In this document: positions 36,554-46,719 of the stretch, piece after piece | Position numbering within the stretch: position 1 is the stretch's first letter | How the letters are laid out: every line of letters starts with the position of its first letter | Source of the DNA: an uncultured Chloroflexia bacterium | GTDB taxonomy: Bacteria; Chloroflexota; Limnocylindria; Limnocylindrales; CSP1-4 | Direction of reading: 5' to 3' | Assembly (NCBI GenBank): GCA_963752475.1 | Contig: CAVVYR010000004.1 | Coordinates: forward strand, 192,001 to 256,000 | DNA length: 64,000 nucleotides | Notes under the pieces: model-generated | Seen by the model: only the letters and a program-made list of their open reading frames with translations | What the model was told of the DNA's origin: nothing | Database searches by the model: none | Made by a program: the position numbers and the translations under genes

Positions 36554-37231
36554 TCAGCGGCGACGAAGCAGGCGGCAGATCGCACTACCGGCCAGCACGG
36601 TCAGACCCAGGTTCAGCGACTGCCTCCAGACCCAGCCGTGTCCGCCGGGATCGTCCGGACCGGCCTCGATCCTGCTGCCGTCGACGGTGTCGAGCCGAAC
36701 CAGCGGCACGAACGAGGCCCCCTGCAGGATGCGCTCATCGGTCGAGAGCGGCGGGAAGCAGCCGAGCGCCAGACCGGGCAGGGCCATCGAGCGCGCCAGC
36801 GGCGGGATGACGCGTGCTCGCACCTCAGGGTCCGGCACGTCCTGAGCCCTGGCCTCGATCGACTCGCGAGCGGGCAGCCGCAGGTGAACGTGTGGATCGG
36901 CCAGGACGTTGCGATACCACTGGGTCTTGGGGCCGTAGCCGGCGAGGACCCAGGCCGCACCGTCCATGACGATGTAGCCGAGTGGCGCCTCACGAGGCAG
37001 ACCGGAGCGACGGCCCTTCGTGGTCAGCAGGCACTGCCAGCCGGCCACGGGGCTGCCGACCCACGCCGACAAGCCGGCGCGATGCATCGGACCGATGAGG
37101 TAGCGGTTGGCGAGCAGGAAGGCCGAGTAGCTGGCATCGGCGATCGACTTGGTGATGCCGCTCAGCTCCGGCGGCGGTGTCATCTCTCCGGGGTGGGCGA
37201 CCGGCGCCTCCCCCTGTGGCGCGTTCGTCAT
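36554..37231 (-). CDS. Nitroreductase family deazaflavin-dependent oxidoreductase (DDN-like) with C-terminal membrane tail
   Basis: LLTTKGRRSGLPREAPL, AGYGPKTQWYRNVLADPHV. Confidence 0.8.
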   Translation of the reverse strand: MTNAPQGEAPVAHPGEMTPPPELSGITKSIADASYSAFLLANRYLIGPMHRAGLSAWVGSPVAGWQCLLTTKGRRSGLPREAPLGYIVMDGAAWVLAGYGPKTQWYRNVLADPHVHLRLPARESIEARAQDVPDPEVRARVIPPLARSMALPGLALGCFPPLSTDERILQGASFVPLVRLDTVDGSRIEAGPDDPGGHGWVWRQSLNLGLTVLAGSAICRLLRRR

Positions 37232-37328
37232 GTCGATAGTCTGCGCCAGGGTTCCAACGGTCACGAGAGCCCGACTTCCTGTAGGCGATGGGTAATCGCG
37301 ATACCCTCGAGCGACGCAGGAGGGATCG

Positions 37329-38734
<1,406 letters not shown>

Positions 38735-38744
38735 GAGGCCATCG

Positions 38745-39629
38745 ATGCCGCTGGCGATGCCCGGTCGGACGAAGGATGCGGTGGTGGTCGTGGCCGCCGA
38801 TTCAGAGTGGCGCTCCGGCGTGGAAGCCTTCCTGCGCGGCGTGGGCGCGGACGACGATCGAGCCAGGTATCACCTCAATGTGCTGGACCAGCGAGCTGCC
38901 GGGCGCATGTCATGGGTCTCGCAGTTCGCCGATCGCACGCTCTCGAACGGGCGACCGATGCCGGCCAGCCGCGCCTATGCCGAGTCGTTGGTGAAGGAAG
39001 GAACGTTGCCGCTCTACGACGCGGACGGCTGGTTCTTCAGCGTGGACCTGCACAATCCCGGCAACGAGGCGGCCGTGCCTTGGTACGACGAGCAGGTCGT
39101 GGAGCTGGCCATCGTGGCCGATGTGGGCGCGTTCCGAGGCGGGTCATACACCGCCGGCGGCGCCGATGCCGCGATGTCCGACCGGGCCGTGCACGGCGCA
39201 CGCCTGGGTGAGCTGGTGGCAGCCTTGGCCGAGTCGACCGAAGCACTGTTCGCCTACGCCGATATCGACTCGACCGGTGCGCGTGTGACCGAGGCCTCGA
39301 AGCCAAGCTCCGTGGTGCATCCAGGGCCCGACACGCTCACCCCGCCCGACTTCCTGTGGTCGATCACCGTCTGGGGCCCGGGGCTGCTCGACGACGAGCT
39401 GGCGTCTCGCCTGGACCGTGTGCAGCTGGAGCCGGCGCATCTCTCGCGCGTCGATCCGCACGTCCGTCCGCACGTGCACCTGGAGCAACGGAGGCTGGAG
39501 TACGGCGGCCGGATGCTGCAGTACCGCTTCCTCTTCGGCTCGGAGCTGCGCAACGAACGCGCACACATCGACACGCCCCTCGCGGAGCAGCTGGGCCTGC
39601 GCTCGACGAACCTGCAGTTCCGGACCTGA
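38745..39629 (+). CDS. Hypothetical protein
   Basis: AGGAGG RBS overlapping the asnS stop; 294-aa ORF with coding-like codon usage. The ORF-track fusion with asnS is a frameshift artefact. Confidence 0.75.
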   Translation: MPLAMPGRTKDAVVVVAADSEWRSGVEAFLRGVGADDDRARYHLNVLDQRAAGRMSWVSQFADRTLSNGRPMPASRAYAESLVKEGTLPLYDADGWFFSVDLHNPGNEAAVPWYDEQVVELAIVADVGAFRGGSYTAGGADAAMSDRAVHGARLGELVAALAESTEALFAYADIDSTGARVTEASKPSSVVHPGPDTLTPPDFLWSITVWGPGLLDDELASRLDRVQLEPAHLSRVDPHVRPHVHLEQRRLEYGGRMLQYRFLFGSELRNERAHIDTPLAEQLGLRSTNLQFRT

Positions 39630-39649
39630 CCAAGGGCCGCACGGACGAT

Positions 39650-39748
39650 GCCCCGGACGGCTGCGAGCGCTACGTCGGGAGCATCTGGAGCGCGTGGGCC
39701 CAGCACCACGACACCGTCGAGGCCTGGGTCCGACCCTTCACTCCCTGA
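39650..39748 (+). pseudogene. Possible C-terminal remnant of a DUF5946-like gene
   Basis: DGCERYVGSIWSAWAQHHDTVEAWVRPFTP*; the W..W..HH..V..W pattern is recalled from that family. Confidence 0.4.
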
Positions 39749-39771
39749 GGTGCGCCGCAGCCGGCCACCCT

Positions 39772-40140
39772 ACCCACGGAGTGGGTCACTGGGCGAAGCA
39801 CGGGACCGAATCGGGTTGAGGACAAGCCGATCGACCCATCGGACGGGTGAGATGACGGAGGACGGGCGGATCTACCCAACGGACGGGTGAATCGGCGGAG
39901 CACTTGGCCCGGTGACCCAAGGGGTGGGTAGGTCACGAACGGCTCGGCCTGGCGACCCATGGGGTTGGGTAGGCGAGCCTCGAGTGGAGCCACCCGAGGC
40001 CAAGGAAGGCGGGTAGGCGAGCCACAGCTGGCGAGGCTGGCGGACAAGGGTCGACCCCGGGTGCAGAGGCGGAGCACCCGGGGCCGGGACGAAGGGGAGT
40101 GGGTGGCCCCGGGTGTCGAGGGGGGTGAACACCCGGGGCC
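39772..40140. repeat. Array of short palindromes ACCC-N7/8-GGGT (39772, 39834, 39874, 39915, 39955), then two CCCCGGGTG...CACCCGGGG hairpins
   Basis: Read directly; last four units spaced 40, 41 and 40 bp with non-identical linkers. Confidence 0.65.
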
Positions 40141-40212
40141 GGGGAGGAGAAAGAGGTCGTCCGGGCCCGACCCCAGGGAGGGGGGATGGAGCCAGGCCCG
40201 GACGGGATGGTT

Positions 40213-42756
40213 CTAGCGGGGTCGGGCCTGCGACTGGATACCACCAGCGCTGAGGACCGGGATGGCCTCGCCCTCGGGCTCCTGCTCGGAGCGCTCGGAA
40301 CGACGGGCGTAGATGACCAGCATCGACGGCAGCACCAGCACCGAGACGAGCGCCGAGCCGACGATCGCGACGAGGGTGAGCCAGCCCAGCTGCTGGAAGG
40401 GGATGAGCGAAGACTGCGTGAGGATGGCGAAGCCGAGGCTGGTGGTGAGCGCCGAGGCCAGCAGCGCGGAGCCGGTGGACTGCAGCGTGCGGGTCACCGC
40501 CACATCGATGCTCCTGCCCTCGCGCAGGAACTCCTGGAAGCGATGCGTGACGTGGATGGTGTAGTCGACGCCGACGCCGATGACGACCGCGGCCAGGGTG
40601 GCCGTGACCGGTCCGAACTCGAAGCCCGCGATGACCATGAAGGCGTACAGGAGGATGACCACGCCACCGACCGGCAGGATGGTCAGCAGGCCGAGCAACG
40701 GGCGGCGGTCAGAGACGAAGTAGTTGAGCATGAGCAGCGCGCCGGCGCCGAGCAGGGCCAGGATGAGGCTCTGGAGCTGGGTGATCGAGGTGGACTCGAC
40801 CACGGCCGCGTCGATGATCTGCGTGGAGGTCGCGATCGACGCCGCCCCGAAGGCAGCCTCGAGAGCAGCGGCCAGACCGAGCGCACCGTCGGAACCGGCC
40901 TGCGTGGTGAAGGTGTAGAGGGAAGCCTCGGGCGTGTAGACCGCGGCCAGCGCCTCGGGGGCGGCGGAACGCACGGTCTCGAGGATGGCGGCCACGTCGG
41001 TGCCGGCCGGAGCCTGGAGGGAGGAGTCGAGGCCGGCAGCCGCGACGGCAGCCGCGACGGTCGGGTCGAACTCCGGCGAGCCCTCGGTCGCCAGCGAGGC
41101 CACGAGGTCGGGCGCGGACTCGACCAGCGGGGCGCCATCGATGGCCACGACATCGTCGAGCTGCCCGGCAGCCGCGGTCGCAGCGACGGCGGCGTTCCAG
41201 ACGGCGGGCTCGGCCAGGTTGCCCTCGACGAGGACGCTGGTGGTCTCGCCGAGGCCGCCATCGAAGCGCTCCTCGAGCTCGACCGCGGCGGCGCGGACGG
41301 CCGCACCCTCCGGCACGAAGTCGAGGAAGCTGAAGCCGGTGCGCAGGTTGGTAGCGGTCAGGGCCGCACCCACCAGCACCAGGCCGGCCAGGCCCACAGC
41401 AGCCCAGGGGGCACGGCGCGGGATGACGGCGGTGGCGCCGGTGAGGCGATCGATCCAGCTGCGGTCGGTGGTGGCGAAGGCCTCTACAGGGAGCTTCTCG
41501 CCCTTCTCGGCGCGGCGGTCCAGCAGCACACGCGCGGCCGGGAAGAGCAGGTTGGCGTAGAGGAAGGCGGCGCCGATGCCGACCGCGGCGAGCACACCGA
41601 AGGTCAGCAGTGCGGTCGAGCCGGCGAAGACGTTGGTCAGGAAGCCGAAGGCGGTCGTCAGCGCCGAGAGCACCAGTGCGCCACCGACGATGCGGCCGCT
41701 GCGGGACATGGCCTTCTCGACCGACTCCCCTGCCCCGAGGCCCTTGCGGTAGGCCGAGTTGAGGTGGATGACGTAGTCGACGCCGAGGCCGACGAGCAGG
41801 ATCGAGACGATGGAGCTGGGTCCGGAGACATTGCCGATGATGCCCAGGCCGTCGGGGCCAAGGAGCACGGCCATGCCGTCGGTGGTCGTGATGGCGAACA
41901 TGACCACGAGCAGGGCCAGCAGCGTGTCAGCGACGGTGCGACGCACGCGCTGGAAGCGGCGCATGGGCGCGGCGGTCCAGAAGACGAAGAGCAGGGCCAG
42001 GCCGATGATGCCGATGGCGCTGAAGAGCAGGAGCGGGATCTCGAAGGCGGACTCTTCGCCCGACTGGAAGATGAGGGAGACGGAGAAGGGAAGGGCGTCC
42101 ACGCCGGCGAAGGAGGCCGACTGGAGGGCGGCATCGAACTCGCCCTGGAGCGACGCCAGCTGCTCGAAGGCGGCGGTGTCCTCGGGGGTCTCGAAGAAGG
42201 CCAGCATGAGGCCCGCGGGAGCGGCTGTGCCCTCCTCGAGGTTGCCCTCGAAGAGACCGTTGAGCAGTTCCGCCTGGGCTGGCGGCGCGAAAGCGAGACC
42301 GGTCTCCAGGAGCGCCTTGACCTCGGCGTCGGTGGTGGGGGCGGGCGCGCCATTGGTGATGGCGAGCTCGACGGGAGACATGAAGGAGGAGATGGCGCCG
42401 ATGCCTGGCTGCTCCACGAGGAAGTCGGTCAGGCGCACGCCGTCCACCTCGACGGCCTGCAGGGTCTCGACGACCGTGTTGGCAGCCTCGAGGCCGGCGG
42501 TGCTGACGATGTCGCCGGACTCTGCGACGAGCACGACCTGCAGCGGCTGTACCGCGGATTCCTCACCGAACAGCGCCTCGATGCGCTCCGAGGCGGTGAT
42601 GGCCGGATCCTCAGGTGCGAACTCGGAGCTGTCGTTCGACATCTCGGGGCGCCCCATGGCGCTGAGCCCGATGGCGACCGCCAGCACCGCGATGATCGCG
42701 AGCCACGGCCGCCGAGTCGTAAAGCGAGCGAGACCGCTCGCGATCCATTCGAACAT
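40213..42756 (-). CDS. MMPL/RND family transporter
   Basis: Two TM-loop-5TM halves; LLVGLGVDYVIH and VIGVGVDYTIHVTHRF; SALTT.GF. Confidence 0.92.
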   Translation of the reverse strand: MFEWIASGLARFTTRRPWLAIIAVLAVAIGLSAMGRPEMSNDSSEFAPEDPAITASERIEALFGEESAVQPLQVVLVAESGDIVSTAGLEAANTVVETLQAVEVDGVRLTDFLVEQPGIGAISSFMSPVELAITNGAPAPTTDAEVKALLETGLAFAPPAQAELLNGLFEGNLEEGTAAPAGLMLAFFETPEDTAAFEQLASLQGEFDAALQSASFAGVDALPFSVSLIFQSGEESAFEIPLLLFSAIGIIGLALLFVFWTAAPMRRFQRVRRTVADTLLALLVVMFAITTTDGMAVLLGPDGLGIIGNVSGPSSIVSILLVGLGVDYVIHLNSAYRKGLGAGESVEKAMSRSGRIVGGALVLSALTTAFGFLTNVFAGSTALLTFGVLAAVGIGAAFLYANLLFPAARVLLDRRAEKGEKLPVEAFATTDRSWIDRLTGATAVIPRRAPWAAVGLAGLVLVGAALTATNLRTGFSFLDFVPEGAAVRAAAVELEERFDGGLGETTSVLVEGNLAEPAVWNAAVAATAAAGQLDDVVAIDGAPLVESAPDLVASLATEGSPEFDPTVAAAVAAAGLDSSLQAPAGTDVAAILETVRSAAPEALAAVYTPEASLYTFTTQAGSDGALGLAAALEAAFGAASIATSTQIIDAAVVESTSITQLQSLILALLGAGALLMLNYFVSDRRPLLGLLTILPVGGVVILLYAFMVIAGFEFGPVTATLAAVVIGVGVDYTIHVTHRFQEFLREGRSIDVAVTRTLQSTGSALLASALTTSLGFAILTQSSLIPFQQLGWLTLVAIVGSALVSVLVLPSMLVIYARRSERSEQEPEGEAIPVLSAGGIQSQARPR

Positions 42757-42794
42757 GTGATGTCCCCTTCTCAGTCCGTCTCTGTACTCAGTGT

Positions 42795-42849
42795 GTCTAC
42801 TGTTTGTCTAGGCTTTGTCGAAGTATAGGGACCGCCACAGAGTTGTCAA
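42795..42849 (-). promoter_or_regulatory. Sigma70-type promoter for the MMPL gene with downstream GACA direct repeats
   Basis: TTGACA(42849-42844)-N16-TATACT(42827-42822), then TCGACAAAGCC TAGACAAACAG TAGACACACTG. Confidence 0.65.
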
Positions 42850-42878
42850 GGGGAAGTGGGACACCACACCGGCGAGCC

Positions 42879-44160
42879 TTAGAGAGCGGGACGGCGCTCC
42901 GGTTCGGAGATGGTCAGAGCTGCGATCCCGATGACGATCGGGATAGCCACGAGCACGAGCGCCGCGGGGCCGAAACCACCGAGGGCTTCGCTCGGGATCG
43001 AGAGCGCGACCGGGCCGATCGACGAGGCCGCTACCGCGACGAGGGCTGCGACACCCTGGATGGATCCGATATGCCCCAGTCCGAACCAGCGTGGCAGCAG
43101 GGTCGCCACGAGCGGACGACCAGCACCAGCCGCAGCACCCAGGACGACCGCGTAGACCAGGATCATCGGGCCCGGACTCAGCTGCGCGGCGAGGAGGAGA
43201 CTCAGCGTCAGCAGCACCATCGAGGTCATGAGCAGGAAGCGGGCGGCGGCACGGTCGGCCAATGCACCCATGACCAGGCTGGCGACGAGCGTGCCCAGTA
43301 CCTGGGGCAGGAACATGGCCGCCGCCTCGGTCACGCTCAGGCCCTGGTCGCCGAGCAGCGAGATCTGGTGGAAGTTCAGCGCGGTCACCAGCATCGAGGT
43401 CGCGCCGATCACGAGGCTCAGCACCCAGAAGCGTGGCTGGCTCAAGGCCTCGCGGCGCGTGAGCGAGACGGCAAGCAGAGGTGGCGGGTCCGACGGGTGC
43501 GGTGCGGGATCACCGTCCGGGTACTGGCCCACATCCGATGGCCGATCGATGATGCCGAAGCGCGCGATCGGCACCACCACCAGCCAGATGGCGAACCCCG
43601 ACAGGATCCAGCTGACACGCCAGTCGAACAGGCCGATCGACGCACCCAGGATGATCGGCGTCAGCGACATCAGGACGGCCGTGGCCGTGGTCGCGATGCC
43701 GAAGGCCAAGCCTCGACGGCGCTCGAACCAGGGCGTGATGGCGAGGGTGCTGACCAACTGTAGCGAGCCCTGTCCCATCCAGCGGATGAGGGTGAAGCCG
43801 ACGATCAGCGTGATGAACCCCTGGACGCCGCTCATCACCAGCAGGCCCAGGCCGAACCCGAGCCCGATGAAGGTCATGGCCCGCCGTGCGCCGATGCGGT
43901 CGATACGGCGCCCGACCGGGAGCAGCGCGATGGCGCCGGCCATCGTGCCGATGAGATACGCCAGCGACAGCTCGGAGCGCGTCAAGCCGAGCGTCTCGAT
44001 CATGGGGTCGACGAAGACCGAGACACCGACCGTCTGGCCGGGGCCGGTGAGCGCGCCCGTGATCGTCGCGAGCAGGACGATGCGCCAGCCGACGAAGTCG
44101 CGCCAGCCCAGCGACGCGCGCGGATTCGTGGGGTTCGTAGTGGAATCGTGGATCGGGCGC
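42879..44160 (-). CDS. MFS transporter (start uncertain)
   Basis: The frame extends upstream as GWRIVLLATITGALTGPGQTVGVSVFVDPMIETLGLTRS; GRRIDRIGAR, WFERRRGLA, GALADR. Confidence 0.88.
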
Positions 44161-44323
44161 TCTCCATCCCGCAGACCTGGCTTCGGTCGTCTGCGGAGCG
44201 CCGGTCGACACGTCTACGCCCAGACTCTAGCCCACGACGACGCCCCTGACCTCATGGCCCTGATGGTTCAGTGCCTCCGCCAGGCTGGAGCCGGGCAGCG
44301 TCGATCGTCGCGTCGCCCGGTCG

Positions 44324-44971
44324 CTACTCGCCTCGATCGAGCACAGGGATGGCATCGACCTCGTCGTGCGTGGTGTCGAGCACGATCACGTTCTCAGCGA
44401 TGTCCTGTACCCGATCGATCGGTATGGCACGGCGATGACGCAGGAGCCCACCATCCTCCACCACGATGTGCGACGGTTGGCCCTGGTCGGTGGTCACGAT
44501 GCGGTCCAGCCGCCCGATCTCGTGGCGGTCGGAGGCGAAGACCGGGACTCCAGCCTCCAACGCTGTCAGGCGGTCGGAGATGGTCCGCTCGCGGACCGGT
44601 ACGAGCTCGGCGCCGGCGACGGGCATGGTCTCACCGAGCGGGCCACTCCAGGGCATAGCGACACGAACGCCGCGTCCGTCCGAGCCAGCCGCCCGATCGG
44701 CTTCATCGAGTGGCACGTAGTACTGCTCGATGAAGGGCGATAGGTCATCGAGGCCGACCTCCTGTCGCAGGTTGATGCGTTGCGGAGTCGCCGTCGCGAT
44801 GTCGGCGATGGGCACCAGCCGGTCCTCCGTGAAGAGGATGCCCTTGCGCACGACCACGTGTGAGACCGTGCGAGTGCTCGGGTCGAGGATGATCCGCCCG
44901 ACCGTACCCACGTGTCGGTCCCCGGCGGTGTAGACGTCCGTGTCGTTCGTGATGTCCAGCATCGTCGCCAC
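44324..44971 (-). CDS. Tandem PRC-barrel domain protein
   Basis: DVYTAGDRHVGTVGRIILDP..VSHVVVRKG and VFASDRHEIGRLDRIV..PSHIVV. Confidence 0.82.
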   Translation of the reverse strand: MATMLDITNDTDVYTAGDRHVGTVGRIILDPSTRTVSHVVVRKGILFTEDRLVPIADIATATPQRINLRQEVGLDDLSPFIEQYYVPLDEADRAAGSDGRGVRVAMPWSGPLGETMPVAGAELVPVRERTISDRLTALEAGVPVFASDRHEIGRLDRIVTTDQGQPSHIVVEDGGLLRHRRAIPIDRVQDIAENVIVLDTTHDEVDAIPVLDRGE

Positions 44972-44976
44972 CGGAG

Positions 44977-45471
44977 TCAGGAACGGGTCGTCGTGGCGTG
45001 GTTGTGCGCATCGACCGGGTGGGCCATCCGGCGAGCTCGCATGGTCGCCTCGAGGTACTGCTGCAGTCGATCGAGGTTGTCCGCCACGGCCGCCCGCACT
45101 CGAGGCGCCGCCAGCGGCGTGAGCAGCCGAACCGGTCCCTTGGGCTCCACGTGGGCGACGTGATGGAGGCGGGTCCCTTCGGGCGTCTCCTCGAGTCGGA
45201 ACTCGAGATCGCCGACGAAGTCGCCGAAGTCACCGTGCAGAGCGAACCGGCGATCGGGCTCGTGCTCGGTGACCTGGACCTCCTCGATGGCCGGCCTGGG
45301 GTCCGCGCGACGAAGCAGGAAACGGCTGCCCTTGCGCACATCACCGTCGCTGAGGGGCCGTGCTGACTCGATGGCCGGGTTCCACGCGGGGATCACCTCG
45401 GGCCGCCGGAGCATGGCGAAGACCGTGCGTCGTGGCAATCGGATGAGTCGGCTGATGCTGTGGTCGATCAT
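44977..45471 (-). CDS. SRPBCC (polyketide cyclase/START-like) family protein
   Basis: SRLIRLPRRTVFAML..PEVIPAWNP, VTEHEPDRRF, LEETPEGTRL, NLDRLQQYLE. Confidence 0.82.
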   Translation of the reverse strand: MIDHSISRLIRLPRRTVFAMLRRPEVIPAWNPAIESARPLSDGDVRKGSRFLLRRADPRPAIEEVQVTEHEPDRRFALHGDFGDFVGDLEFRLEETPEGTRLHHVAHVEPKGPVRLLTPLAAPRVRAAVADNLDRLQQYLEATMRARRMAHPVDAHNHATTTRS

Positions 45472-45789
45472 GGCTTGGGTGGCCTCCTGGGTAGCGGGGT
45501 CGGGGCCCGGCAGCGAATGCCGAGCGGCGTCCATGGTCCGGGCGACACCGCCACAGACGCACCCCCATCGGGCGCGAACGCGTTACAGCCCCATATCGAA
45601 GCGCCCACAGACGCGACAGCAGGCCGGACGCCCAGATGCAACGCGCCTGTAATGCCCTCACGGGATTCGACGCGCGCATCTGCATGTCACCGACGATCAC
45701 CATCGGCTCTGCCGGAGACGTCGCGGTCCTGCCGTGGCGCGTCTCCGACAAGGCGCGATCGACCACCCTGAACGGAGGAGTGAAGAACC

Positions 45790-46086
45790 ATGCTGACCAT
45801 CACGCCCACGGCCGCGGACATCCTGGCGAAGACCCGCACGCAGAAGGGCGCCCCCGATGCCTACTGCGTCCGCTTCTATGCCACCGAGGAAGATGCCTCT
45901 GGCCGGACCCGACTGGCCTTTGCGTTCGTCGATTTGCCCAAGGCTGAGGACACCGTCATCGATGGCGCCGCCATCGATGCCTATGTCGCCCCTGATGTCG
46001 ACCGACTGATCGGCGACGTGACGGTGGACGTCAAGCAGGAGGCTGACGAGATGGGGCTCGTGGTCCGACGGTCCACGCAGTCCTGA
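45790..46086 (+). CDS. HesB/IscA-like small protein lacking the CxC motif
   Basis: GGAGGAG RBS; MLTITPTAADIL, P..EDTVI, YVAPDVDRLIGDVTVD. Confidence 0.7.
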   Translation: MLTITPTAADILAKTRTQKGAPDAYCVRFYATEEDASGRTRLAFAFVDLPKAEDTVIDGAAIDAYVAPDVDRLIGDVTVDVKQEADEMGLVVRRSTQS

Positions 46087-46189
46087 CAGCGGATCACCAT
46101 CCCAGGGTCGCGGCAGGGGGTCAGGAGGAGGCCCTGCCGCGACCGACGACTGGACAGCGACGGGTAGCCCAAGCACTCGGAGGAGGCAG

Positions 46190-46633
46190 ATGGACGAGCA
46201 GCGAACGATGAACGGCCGAGATCGAGTCCTCACAGCAGGACGCGCCATCGGCTGCCTGGCCCTGCTGTTGTCGCTGGCCGTGATCGTCGCCGCGTGCGGG
46301 AATGGCGGCGAGGAAGACGCTGCGGCGGATGTGCCCGAGGAGACGGACGCGCCCGCGGCTCTTGAGGACGCCCCCGCCGATGAGGCCCCCGCCGATGAGA
46401 CCCCCGCCGATGAGGCTGACGACGCCGTGCCCGAAGCGATCGCTGACCTCGCCAGCGAGACCGGCTCCGCGACCGTGACCATCGGGGATGAGACGTACGA
46501 GTTCTCGCTCGCTGGAACGAAGGCGGTCGGCGGGACGACCTATGTGGGGCGCTGCGAAACGCTCTTCGGGATGATCATCGGCAGCGGCTACGTCACCGAT
46601 GAGCGCGACATCACCGTGGACATGGAAGTCTAG
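46190..46633 (+). CDS. Lipoprotein with acidic PADE repeats
   Basis: GGAGGAGG RBS; lipobox LAVIVAA-C-GNGG; low-complexity linker. Confidence 0.72.
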   Translation: MDEQRTMNGRDRVLTAGRAIGCLALLLSLAVIVAACGNGGEEDAAADVPEETDAPAALEDAPADEAPADETPADEADDAVPEAIADLASETGSATVTIGDETYEFSLAGTKAVGGTTYVGRCETLFGMIIGSGYVTDERDITVDMEV

Positions 46634-46719
46634 AAGGGGCGTAGATCCCTTTGAGTCGTCCCGCGAGTAGTGGCCCGACTTGGCGATGGGCACTCCACGG
46701 CACGCGATCGGTGCAATGG

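Noticed and set aside
39772-39972. CRISPR array
   Set aside because: Repeats are only ~15 bp and degenerate, spacing is irregular at the first unit, and no cas genes are present. Kept only as an unexplained repeat array.
40186-42828. Long antisense ORFs (e.g. 40186-42828+, 28390-30747+, 54255-56753-, 10-1527+)
   Set aside because: Shadow ORFs typical of high-GC DNA, opposite well-supported genes and without recognisable motifs.
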